Shown here in pieces: positions 25,855 to 34,065 of a stretch of DNA of 39,822 nucleotides. A model generated the notes under the pieces. That model searched no databases. It was not told the origin of the DNA and was given only the letters and a program-made list of their open reading frames with translations. The DNA lies in the NCBI GenBank assembly GCA_013824215.1, contig PNNM01000002.1:1-39822 (forward strand), in the 5' to 3' direction. The translations under genes and the position numbers were made by a program. Within the stretch, counting starts at the first letter, position 1; every line of letters begins with the position of its first letter. Source of the DNA: Coriobacteriaceae bacterium. Lineage in GTDB: Bacteria > Actinomycetota > Coriobacteriia > Anaerosomatales > D1FN1-002.

Positions 25855-25883
25855 ATCCTAACCCAACGCATAGGGGGCCGCAA
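25855..25883 (-). promoter_or_regulatory. Putative promoter of the yabE-like/rsmA unit
   Basis: Minus strand reads TTGCGG, 17 nt, TAGGAT, about 55 nt upstream of ATG 25798. Confidence 0.4.
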
Positions 25884-25923
25884 ACGCGCAGGTCGCCGGT
25901 CGAAGGGCTCGGAAACGGGGCTC

Positions 25924-26526
25924 TCAGGCGCCTTCCGGGACCGCCTCGACGAGGGCCGCACCGAGCTCGCGGGCGTGCTCCGACTCCTCGGGACGGCGTC
26001 CCATGTCGGAGGGCGAATCGGGCCCCGCGACCTTGAGTAGACCGACCATGTCGAGCCCCAGGACCGCGAAGACGCTCTTCGTCGGTTCCACCGCGCTGCG
26101 GAAGCCGTAGGGGTCGCCGCCGCCTCGGACGAGCAGCAGCGCCCCGGGACGGCGGGTCGGCTTCGGCAGCCCCAGAACGTGGGTGCGCGCCCAGTAGGGC
26201 TGACAGCGGTCGTAGGCGACCTTGAGGACGCCCGGTACCGTCGCGAAGAACACCGGGGAGCCCACGACCACGGCGTCGGCTGCATCGAGCGCCCCGTAGA
26301 TCTCGCTCATCCGGTCCCGCAGGACGCACTCGCCCGTCGAGGAGCAGGCGTTGCAGCCGCGGCAAGGGGTCAGTCCGAGTTCGACGACCGGGATCTTGCG
26401 CACCTCGGCACCGGCGCCTCGAGCGCCTTCGAGGAACGCGTCGAGGAGCTGCTCGCTGTTCCCGTGCCTGCGCGGGCTTCCCGCCAGTCCGACGACGAGC
26501 GGAGAGCGCGCCACCTTCGAAGTCAC
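25924..26526 (-). CDS. Iron-sulfur flavoprotein (Isf)-like NADPH-dependent FMN reductase family protein
   Basis: [13 protein letters not shown] flavodoxin-like phosphate loop and the compact Cys motif [13 protein letters not shown] (CX2CX2CX5C). GTG 26526 overlaps the tatD stop (GTGA); the alternative GTG is at 26514. Confidence 0.75.
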   Translation of the reverse strand: MTSKVARSPLVVGLAGSPRRHGNSEQLLDAFLEGARGAGAEVRKIPVVELGLTPCRGCNACSSTGECVLRDRMSEIYGALDAADAVVVGSPVFFATVPGVLKVAYDRCQPYWARTHVLGLPKPTRRPGALLLVRGGGDPYGFRSAVEPTKSVFAVLGLDMVGLLKVAGPDSPSDMGRRPEESEHARELGAALVEAVPEGA

Positions 26527-27374
26527 TCCCCGCCGAAGACGCGCTTGGCGTTGCCGAGCGCGGCGAGCGCGACCTGTGTGGTGGGCAACTCCTTGACCTC
26601 GGCGATCCTCTTGGTCGTGAAGACCGCCCAGGACGGTTCGTTGACTCTGCCTCGCAGCGGCTCGGGTGCCATGAAGGGACAGTCCGTCTCCACGAGAAGG
26701 CGGTCGAGCGGGACCACCGCCACCGCCTCCCGCAGGCTCTCGGACTTCGCGAACGTGACCGGGCCGGCGAACGAGATGTGGCACCCGAACTCCACGAAGC
26801 GCTCGGCCATGGCGGCGTCACCCGTGAAGCAGTGCAGCACGCAGCCGGCGGCCGGCACGCCGATCTCGCGCAGGATCGCCTCGCCCTCGTCGTGGGCCTC
26901 GCGCAAGTGCACGGCTACCGGCAGCTCCAGCTCGTGGGCGAGCTCGAGCTGGGCGCGGAACGCGGCGACCTGGTCCTCGCGCGGGGAGTGGTCGTAGTGG
27001 AAGTCCAGCCCGATCTCACCGATGCCGGCCACACGCGAATCCTTCGTCTCGGCGACGATGGTCGCGCGGACCTCGTCGGACCAGTGCTTGGCGTTGTGGG
27101 GATGGACGCCGACGATGACCCGGATGGTCGGAGGCTCGCCGTGTGGCACGGCCCAGTGCTCGAGTCGCGCCCTGCACTCGTCGATCCACGTGTCGACCGA
27201 GTCCAGTGTGCCGCGCGGGTCCTCGGTGGGATCGTCCACCGTGACGATGTAGGTCACGCCCGCGAGACAGGCGCGTTCCAGCGCGCCCGCCGGGTCGTCG
27301 AGCATGTCGAGGTGCGCGTGTGTGTCGGGGCTCTGAGCGCCCAGCTTGGGGATCTCGACCGGTCCTTTGGGCAT
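26523..27374 (-). CDS. tatD: TatD family metal-dependent hydrolase/DNase
   Basis: [30 protein letters not shown] and ETDCPF motifs. Confidence 0.9.
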   Translation of the reverse strand: MPKGPVEIPKLGAQSPDTHAHLDMLDDPAGALERACLAGVTYIVTVDDPTEDPRGTLDSVDTWIDECRARLEHWAVPHGEPPTIRVIVGVHPHNAKHWSDEVRATIVAETKDSRVAGIGEIGLDFHYDHSPREDQVAAFRAQLELAHELELPVAVHLREAHDEGEAILREIGVPAAGCVLHCFTGDAAMAERFVEFGCHISFAGPVTFAKSESLREAVAVVPLDRLLVETDCPFMAPEPLRGRVNEPSWAVFTTKRIAEVKELPTTQVALAALGNAKRVFGGE

Positions 27375-27400
27375 CGCGGCGAGGCGCCCCGCTTAGCGCC

Positions 27401-28957
27401 TCACACCTCCTCGTAGATGCGGGGAAAGAGAGGTTCTCCCTTTTCCACTCGCGCACCGGCCGGCAGACCGCCCCACGTGGCCCGGGTGACGAGATCGTCC
27501 GTGTCGTGTATATCTCCGAGTCCGAGTCTGCGCCAGACCTCGGCCGAAGTCACCGGCATGACCGGCGCGCAGAACAGCGCCGCGATGCGCACCGACTCGA
27601 GCGCGTTGTAGAGCACGGCCGCCAGGCGCGGTACCAGCGCCTCGTCCTTGGCGAGGTTCCAGGGCGCCTCGTTCTCGATGTAGCGGTTGGCCAGTTTGAC
27701 CAGGTCCCAAGCCGCCTCGAGCGCGCCGGCGTAGTCGAGCCCGGCCATGCGCTTGTCGTAGCGGGCGGGCAGCGCGCCGGCCACCGCGCGCATCACGGCG
27801 TCGGCCTCGGTGGCTTCGGCCTCCTCCGGACAGGCGGGCGTGACGCCGCCGAGGTACTTCTCGGTCATGTTGAACAGGCGGCTGACGAGGTTGCCCCAGT
27901 CGTTGGCCAGGTCGCCGTTGTAGCGCTGGACCATCGATTCCATCGAGATGGAGCCGTCGGTGCCGAACTGCACGTCGCGCAGGAAGTGGTAGCGGTAGGC
28001 GTCCACGCCGAAGCGCTCCACCAGATCCGCCGGCGCCATGACGTTGCCCTTGCTCTTGCTCATCTTCTCGCCCTTGGTCAGCAGGAAGCCGTGCGCGAAG
28101 ACCGTCTCGGGCAACGGCACGCCGGCGGCCATGAGCATGGCCGGCCAGATGACGCAGTGGAAGCGGATGATGTCCTTGCCGACGAAGTGGTACTGCGCCG
28201 GCCAGCGCCGCTCGAACTCGGCGGCTTTGTCCGGGTCGCCGTAGCCGACGGCGGTGATGTAGTTGAGCAGCGCGTCGATCCACACGTACGTGACATGGTT
28301 CTCGGCGAACGGCAGCGGCACGCCCCAGGTGAAGGTCGTGCGGGAGATGGAGAGGTCCTTGAGGCCGCCTCGGACGAACGAGACGACCTCGTTGCGTCGC
28401 GTCTCGGGCTGGATGAACCCGGGGTTCGCCTCGTAGAAGGCGAGCAGCGGCTCGGCGAACTCGGAGAGTTTGAAGAACCAGTTGTCCTCGCGGACGAACT
28501 CCACCTCGCGCGCGCACTGCGGGCACTTTCCGTCCACGAGCTGTTCGGCGGTCCAGAAGGTCTCGTCCGGGACGCAGTACCAACCCTCGTAATGGCCCTG
28601 GTAGAGGTGCCCTCGGTCGTGCAGCTCGGTCCAGAACGCCTGCACCCCGTGCTTGTGGCGCTCCTCGGTGGTCCGGATGAAGTCGTCGTTGGTGATGCGC
28701 AGCATCTCCCAGGCCTCGGAGAAGCGCGGGGCGATCCTGTCGCACCACTCCTGCGGGGAGAGGCCCGCGTCGGCCGCCGCCTGCGCCACCTTCTGGCCGT
28801 GTTCGTCCAGGCCGGTGAGGAAGAAGACGTCGTGTCCGGTCATGCGCTTGTAACGGGCCAGAGCGTCGGCGGCCACCGTCGTGTACGCCGTGCCGAGGTG
28901 CGGCACCGAGTTCACGTAGTAGATGGGGGTGGTCAGGTAGAAGGACGGCTTGGTCAT
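27401..28957 (-). CDS. metG: Methionine--tRNA ligase (short form, no C-terminal tRNA-binding domain)
   Basis: FYLTTPIYYVNSVPHLGTAYT (HIGH region), KMSKSKGN (KMSKS), and the CPQC zinc knuckle. ATG 28957; the upstream part of ORF 27401..29572 is non-coding-like. Confidence 0.95.
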   Translation of the reverse strand: MTKPSFYLTTPIYYVNSVPHLGTAYTTVAADALARYKRMTGHDVFFLTGLDEHGQKVAQAAADAGLSPQEWCDRIAPRFSEAWEMLRITNDDFIRTTEERHKHGVQAFWTELHDRGHLYQGHYEGWYCVPDETFWTAEQLVDGKCPQCAREVEFVREDNWFFKLSEFAEPLLAFYEANPGFIQPETRRNEVVSFVRGGLKDLSISRTTFTWGVPLPFAENHVTYVWIDALLNYITAVGYGDPDKAAEFERRWPAQYHFVGKDIIRFHCVIWPAMLMAAGVPLPETVFAHGFLLTKGEKMSKSKGNVMAPADLVERFGVDAYRYHFLRDVQFGTDGSISMESMVQRYNGDLANDWGNLVSRLFNMTEKYLGGVTPACPEEAEATEADAVMRAVAGALPARYDKRMAGLDYAGALEAAWDLVKLANRYIENEAPWNLAKDEALVPRLAAVLYNALESVRIAALFCAPVMPVTSAEVWRRLGLGDIHDTDDLVTRATWGGLPAGARVEKGEPLFPRIYEEV

Positions 28958-29080
28958 CGCGTGTCGGGCATCCCTGTCGATGGGTAGTATCTGACAGCCG
29001 GAGCGTTTCCCCCGGCAACCGATGATAACGCAATCCCCGGGCGAGTCATGCGGGGCGCCAGGGGACGAAGGAGGCTGCTC

Positions 29081-29326
29081 ATGAAGGACACAGGGATCGT
29101 GCGGCGCGTCGATGACCTCGGACGGATCGTCATCCCCATGGAGTTGCGCAAGACGCTCGGGATCGGTGTGCGCGACCCGCTCGCGGTGTTCGTGGACGGC
29201 GAGAGGATCGTGCTCCAGAAGTATGCTCAGGCCTGCATCATCTGCGGCTCGACGCAGGACGTCGGGGACGTGCGGGGCAAGCCGGTCTGCACCGGGTGCG
29301 TGAAGGCCATCAAGACGGGCAAGTAG
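29081..29326 (+). CDS. abrB: AbrB/SpoVT-family transition-state regulator
   Basis: MKDTGIVRRVDDLGRIVIPMELRKTLGI closely matches the B. subtilis AbrB N-terminus. GAAGGAGG lies 7 nt upstream. The C-terminal part has CIICG...CTGC. Confidence 0.85.
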   Translation: MKDTGIVRRVDDLGRIVIPMELRKTLGIGVRDPLAVFVDGERIVLQKYAQACIICGSTQDVGDVRGKPVCTGCVKAIKTGK

Positions 29327-29333
29327 CGCCTTC

Positions 29334-30167
29334 TCAGCCGCCGAGCGAGGCCCGGTAGGCACGGTTGCGCGGGGCGCCGGTCTCGACCGCGACACGCTTG
29401 ACCGCCTCGCTGCGGGGCACCCCTTGGGCGACGAGCGCACGCACGCGGCTGCGCAGGTCGTCGTCGTCGAAGACGGTCGCGCTCCGCGCCGGAGGCCCCA
29501 CGAGCAGGACGACCTCGCCCTTGAGGCTCGTGCGCCCGGCCACCTCGGCGGCCAACTCCTCGACGGTGCCACGAACGACCTCCTCGTGCAGCTTCGTCAG
29601 CTCCCGCGCCATAGCCGCCTCGCGTCCCGGCAGGACCTCGGCGATGAAGGCGAGCGCGGCAGCGGTGCGAGCGGGCGACTCGTAGAAGACGAGCGTCGCG
29701 TCGAGATGCTTGAGCTGCTCGAGCCTGCGGCGGACCTCGCCGGACTTGCGCGGCAGGAAGCCGCCGAAGAAGAAGGACCGCGCGGGCATGCCGCTCGCCA
29801 CCAGCGCGGTGAGTATCGCCGAGGGACCCGGGAGCACTTCGACCTTCAGACCCGCGTCGAGCACCGCTGCCACCAGGTGCTCGCCCGGGTCCGAGATGCC
29901 GGGCGTGCCGGCGTCCGATACGAGCGCGACCGTCTCGCCGGCCTCGATGCGCGCGATCACCTTCGGCGTACGGGCGTCCGCGACGTGCTCGTCGAACCTC
30001 TCGAGCCTCGCGGGGATCTCGTAGCGCGCCAGCAGCTTGCGCGACACCCGCGTGTCCTCGGCGCAGACAAGGTCGGCAGCGCGCAGCGCGTCGAGCACGC
30101 GCAGGGTCACGTCGCCGAGGTTGCCGATCGGCGTCGCGCAAACGATGAGGCGGCCTGCCTCAGGCAT
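29334..30167 (-). CDS. rsmI: 16S rRNA (cytidine1402-2'-O)-methyltransferase
   Basis: RLIVCATPIGNLGDVTLRVLDAL...VCAEDTR, DAGTPGISDPG. ATG 30167 overlaps the upstream gene's stop (ATGCCTGA); the alternative ATG is at 30197. Confidence 0.9.
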   Translation of the reverse strand: MPEAGRLIVCATPIGNLGDVTLRVLDALRAADLVCAEDTRVSRKLLARYEIPARLERFDEHVADARTPKVIARIEAGETVALVSDAGTPGISDPGEHLVAAVLDAGLKVEVLPGPSAILTALVASGMPARSFFFGGFLPRKSGEVRRRLEQLKHLDATLVFYESPARTAAALAFIAEVLPGREAAMARELTKLHEEVVRGTVEELAAEVAGRTSLKGEVVLLVGPPARSATVFDDDDLRSRVRALVAQGVPRSEAVKRVAVETGAPRNRAYRASLGG

Positions 30168-31275
30168 CGGACTCCGGCGAGTCCTCGGCGGGCGCATCGG
30201 GGGCCGGCTCCGCGGGCGCCTCGGGTGGCGCCGGCGGTTCGTAGCCGGCGACCGGGTAGACGGGCGGCGGGGGCGGCGGCGGGATGTAGGCCGGAGGCGG
30301 AGGCGGATACGCCGGTGGCTCCGGCGCGGGCGGCGCGGTCGGAGCCCACGGCGCGGCGGCGGCCGCCGGGATCTCCCTGCCGGTGAGCCGACGGAAGAAG
30401 ACCGTCCAGGCAGCGGAGATGAAGGCGCCCCAGATCGCGCTCGGCACGACCATGATCGCCGCCAGTACCAGGATGAGGCCGAGGAAGCCGAAGATGTTGC
30501 CGGTGAACAGGAGCAGCACGGCCGGCAAGACGAGCACGATGGCGAGCAGGCCGGTCGCCAGCCCGTAGCCGGCGCCCACGGCCAGCATGAGCAGCCACAT
30601 GATGAGCACGTCCTTGAAGCGGGACCTCATCGCGCCCCAGGCCGCGCCGATGGCGTCGAACGCTGGCCTCTCCTCGAGGATCGCGTAGCGCAAGGCGAGG
30701 TGCTGCAGGATCCCCACGACGAAGCCGACGACCAGCAGGAGCACGAACACGACGATACCGCCGCCGCACAGGAGCGGCAGAGCCGCGAGCGCGTCGCCGC
30801 CCCCTTCCGCCTGAGCGAGCGGCACGATCGCGACGAGCATCAGGGCGACGAACAGGAGTGCGAGCACCAGTATCGGCAGCCCGAGCGCGAGGAAGATCAG
30901 GAACGTGCGTCCCCAGTAGCGGAACCCGGCGCTGAAGCCCGCCGAGATGCTGACCGGACGTCCTTCCTCGGCCTCGTTGACCTGGTGGACGAGCGCCGCG
31001 TGGGCCATGACCGAGAGCACCCAGAAGACGATCGCGACCATGACGAGCAGGCCGACGAGGACCGCCAGCAGCGCGAGGTTCTCGGCGAACCAGTTCTCGA
31101 ACACGCTGTACTGCTGCGAGAGCTGCGGCGAGAGGTCGCCGGAGGACGAGCGGTAGTTGCTGCCGGTGTTGTAGCTGCTGCCCCCCGAGGAGCCCGCCAG
31201 GAACCCGAACATCCACAGCGCCTTGTGGCGCCACGTGACGTTCCAGGCCTTCTTCAGGATGCCGACGTAATCCAC
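30160..31275 (-). CDS. Polytopic membrane protein with a Pro-rich PPxY-repeat C-terminal tail (unknown function)
   Basis: 371 aa with about 6-7 hydrophobic helices. The tail reads PPAYPPPPPAYIPPPPPPPVYPVAGYEPPAPP. High GC3 frame. I recognise no family. Confidence 0.65.
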   Translation of the reverse strand: MDYVGILKKAWNVTWRHKALWMFGFLAGSSGGSSYNTGSNYRSSSGDLSPQLSQQYSVFENWFAENLALLAVLVGLLVMVAIVFWVLSVMAHAALVHQVNEAEEGRPVSISAGFSAGFRYWGRTFLIFLALGLPILVLALLFVALMLVAIVPLAQAEGGGDALAALPLLCGGGIVVFVLLLVVGFVVGILQHLALRYAILEERPAFDAIGAAWGAMRSRFKDVLIMWLLMLAVGAGYGLATGLLAIVLVLPAVLLLFTGNIFGFLGLILVLAAIMVVPSAIWGAFISAAWTVFFRRLTGREIPAAAAAPWAPTAPPAPEPPAYPPPPPAYIPPPPPPPVYPVAGYEPPAPPEAPAEPAPDAPAEDSPESDA

Positions 31276-31303
31276 GGCGAGACTCCTTCGCGTCAGGCGG
31301 CGG

Positions 31304-32980
31304 TCACTCCAGCGTCTTCAACTCGTACGAACGCGTCCCGAGTCCGAGCAGCTCCGCGTACTCGACGGCGTGCGTGCCGTCGATGCCGGTGATCGCGGCG
31401 AACTTCTCCGCCCCGGCCGCCAGTCCCTCGCCGCGCGTGCCAGGAAGGCCGGTCGCGCCGTTCACGAGGTCGAGCGCGGCCTGCTCGACGGCCACGATGT
31501 CGGTGGAGGCCAGCACGCCGATGTCCGCGACCACGCCCGCGTCCGAGAAGTGCCAGCAGTCGCAGTCGGGCGAGATGTTCGTGAGGAAGGTGAGGAACAC
31601 GGTCTTGCCGTCCTTGCCCGCCAGCGCCCCCGCCGCGTGCTCGACGATCTTCTCCTGGATGGCCTCGGGAGTGGTCTTCCACTGCGCCGCGATGGCGCTC
31701 TCCGGGCAGGCGGCCACGCACTCACCGCAGCCGTAGCAGAGTTCGTAGTCCACGTGCGCCACGCGGTCCGGGCCGATGGTGATGGCGTCGACCGGGCACC
31801 ACTTCACGCAGCGCCCGCAGGCGGTGCACTTCTCGCCGGTCACCTCGGGGCGGAAGTCCGCATGCATGCGCTGCTTGGCCGAGCGGCACCCAAGCCCCAT
31901 GCCGACGTTCTTCAGCGCGCCCCCGAAGCCGGTCGCCTCGTGCCCTTTGAAGTGGGTGACGACCACCATCGCGTCGGCATGCACGGCGGCCGAGCCGATG
32001 CGGACAGTGTCGAAGTGGGTCCCGTCCGGGACCGGCACGTCAACCGCGTCGCGTCCGTCCAGGCCGTCGGCGATGATGACCGGCGCCTCCACGGTGGCGT
32101 ACGAGAAGCCGTTGTGGATCGCACACGCGAGGTGGTCGACCGAGTTGCCTCGCGCGCCGCGGTAGAGCGTGTTGGCGTCGGTGAGGAAGGGGGACCCGCC
32201 CGCGGCCTTGATCCGCGCCACGACCTCGCGCAGGTAGATCGGCTGGACGAAGCCGGTGTTGCCGGCCTCGCCGAAGTGCATCTTGACGGCCACGAGGTCT
32301 CCCTCGGCGATGGCCTCACGCAAGCCCGCGCGCTCGAGCAGCTGCCCGGCGCGCGCGACGAGCGATCGCTTGCCGGTCGTACGCATGGGCGTGAACCACA
32401 CGACGGCCGGCTCGGGACCGGGCTCGTACGGAGTCGCGTACGCCGGCTCGGGCGCGGGCGCGGCGCCGTAGACCCGGCCCGCGTCCTCTTCCGGCACGGC
32501 CGACGTCTCATCGGCGATCGGACCCTCATCCACGGGCGGCATGGCCGGCTCAGGCGCCGCCTGCGCCCCGAGGAACGGCGGCGCCTCCTCGACCGCAGGC
32601 GGCGGCTCGAGGGGAAGGCACCCCTCCTCCTCGGCGGGCGTCCACGCGGCGACCTCGGACGCGGGCGCGGGAGCCGGCTCCTCGGCCCCCTCGGCGAGCA
32701 TCTCGAACGAGGGCTGCGCGAGACGCGCGACCACCTCGGGAGGCAACTCCTCATCGGGGGTGCCGAGCACCGAGCGCGCGAAGTCGAGGTCGACCGGGCG
32801 CTTCTTGACCGCCGCGTACGTGAACACCTGGACCAGCGCGGTCTTCAGCGATTGCGCGCGATCGAACTTGGCCGCGATGTAGACGAGGGCGTCCTCCGGG
32901 ACCCCGAGCCGCTCACGGGCGTCCTTGTCCTTCAGGACGCGCAGCCTCTCGTCGAGCTCGTCGATCCGGTCCTCCGGCAC
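31304..32980 (-). CDS. DUF362-domain Fe-S protein with an inserted 2x[4Fe-4S] ferredoxin module and an atypical DnaA-lid-like N-terminal extension
   Basis: The C-terminal ~365 aa match COG2768/DUF362-type proteins (VAVKMHFGE, FLTDANTLY, THFKGHE, CTACGRCVKWCP, CYGCGECVAACP, DCDCW). The N-terminal ~190 aa are in the same high-GC3 frame. GTG 32980 has GAGGGGGGAA upstream. Confidence 0.8.
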   Translation of the reverse strand: MPEDRIDELDERLRVLKDKDARERLGVPEDALVYIAAKFDRAQSLKTALVQVFTYAAVKKRPVDLDFARSVLGTPDEELPPEVVARLAQPSFEMLAEGAEEPAPAPASEVAAWTPAEEEGCLPLEPPPAVEEAPPFLGAQAAPEPAMPPVDEGPIADETSAVPEEDAGRVYGAAPAPEPAYATPYEPGPEPAVVWFTPMRTTGKRSLVARAGQLLERAGLREAIAEGDLVAVKMHFGEAGNTGFVQPIYLREVVARIKAAGGSPFLTDANTLYRGARGNSVDHLACAIHNGFSYATVEAPVIIADGLDGRDAVDVPVPDGTHFDTVRIGSAAVHADAMVVVTHFKGHEATGFGGALKNVGMGLGCRSAKQRMHADFRPEVTGEKCTACGRCVKWCPVDAITIGPDRVAHVDYELCYGCGECVAACPESAIAAQWKTTPEAIQEKIVEHAAGALAGKDGKTVFLTFLTNISPDCDCWHFSDAGVVADIGVLASTDIVAVEQAALDLVNGATGLPGTRGEGLAAGAEKFAAITGIDGTHAVEYAELLGLGTRSYELKTLE

Positions 32981-33010
32981 GCTTCCCCCCTCGTCGCGTC
33001 GGTCGTCTTC

Positions 33011-33985
33011 CTAACGGTGCAAGCCCTCCCGGGCGTCGTGCTCGTCGAACGCCAGCGCGGCGGCGCCGAGCACGCCCGCGTCGTTGCCGAGTTCCGCGCG
33101 CACCACGCGCGCGTCCTTGCGCCCGGCCAGCGCCTCGGCGCCCATCACCTCGATGGCGCGATCCACGAGCGCGTCGGCGCTCTCTCCGACGCCGCCTCCG
33201 ATGACCAGCAGCTGCGGGTTGAGCACGTTGATGAAGCCGACCAGCGCGTGGCCGAACACCTCGCCGGCGTCGCGCAGGATGCCGAGGGCCACCTCGTCGC
33301 CTTCACGCGCCGCGTCGATCACGCTCTCCGCGGTGACGGCCTCGATGTCGCCCCCGGCCGCCTGCAGGATGGCGCGGCCCTTGCGGGTGGCGGCGGCCTC
33401 GCGGCCCTTGGCGGCCAGCGCCGGGCGGCCGACGTACGCCTCGAGGTGCCCGCGCGCGCCGCAGGGGCACTCGGGGCCGTCCAGGTCGACCGGCGTGTGG
33501 CCGACCTCACCGCCGAGGCCGCGGGAGCCGCGGTACGGCTCGCCGCCCAGGAACATCCCGCCGCCGACGCCGGTGCCCAGTGTGACCATCAGGAAGTCGC
33601 GCGCGCCCTTGGCCGCGCCGAAGCGGAACTCGCCGAGGGCGGCCGTGTGTCCGTCGTTGTCGATCGTGATCTCGTACTTGAGGCGATGCATCACCAGTCC
33701 GCGCACGTCCACCCCGGCGAGCGGCAGGTTCGTGCAGAACTCCACGGACTGACGGCGGAAATCGATCTGGGCTGGTAGGCCGATACCCAGACCGGCGATC
33801 TCGGAGGCGTGCAGGTCCCCCACGACCGCGGACGTGAGATCGATGATCGCGTCGATGACGCCGAACGGCCCGTTCTTCGGGGTGAGCACGCGCTCCTCGG
33901 AGACGATGCGGCCCTTGCGCTCGACGAGCCCGGCGGCGATGCGGGTGCCGCCGACGTCGATCCCCACAGCGTAGGACGTGCGCAT
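33011..33985 (-). CDS. ROK-family glucokinase
   Basis: GIDVGGTRIAAG, LGTGVGGG, and the zinc motif GHTPVDLDGPECPCGARGHLE (GH-x9-CxCGxxG[C/H]xE). Confidence 0.85.
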   Translation of the reverse strand: MRTSYAVGIDVGGTRIAAGLVERKGRIVSEERVLTPKNGPFGVIDAIIDLTSAVVGDLHASEIAGLGIGLPAQIDFRRQSVEFCTNLPLAGVDVRGLVMHRLKYEITIDNDGHTAALGEFRFGAAKGARDFLMVTLGTGVGGGMFLGGEPYRGSRGLGGEVGHTPVDLDGPECPCGARGHLEAYVGRPALAAKGREAAATRKGRAILQAAGGDIEAVTAESVIDAAREGDEVALGILRDAGEVFGHALVGFINVLNPQLLVIGGGVGESADALVDRAIEVMGAEALAGRKDARVVRAELGNDAGVLGAAALAFDEHDAREGLHR

Positions 33986-34065
33986 GCGCCAGCTTCGCCT
34001 CCCTGTCCCGGGACCGCCCCGGACGCGCGTCGCGGACCGCACGGGCGGCCCACCGAGTGATGGTA

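Noticed and set aside
25799-25923. Riboswitch (ydaO type, or the leader RNA switch reported for mycobacterial rpfB) and a tRNA-like T-loop string GGGCTTCGAATCC upstream of the yabE/rpfB-like gene.
   Set aside because: A reasonable promoter (TTGCGG, 17 nt, TAGGAT) leaves only a ~50-nt leader. I could not build the conserved ydaO helices. The TTCGAA string has no complementary T-stem or acceptor context. A cmsearch is still worth running, but nothing supports a call.
28958-29080. T-box leader upstream of metG.
   Set aside because: Only ~120 nt separate metG from the divergent abrB. That is far too short for a stem I / specifier / antiterminator T-box, and no T-box consensus sequence is visible.
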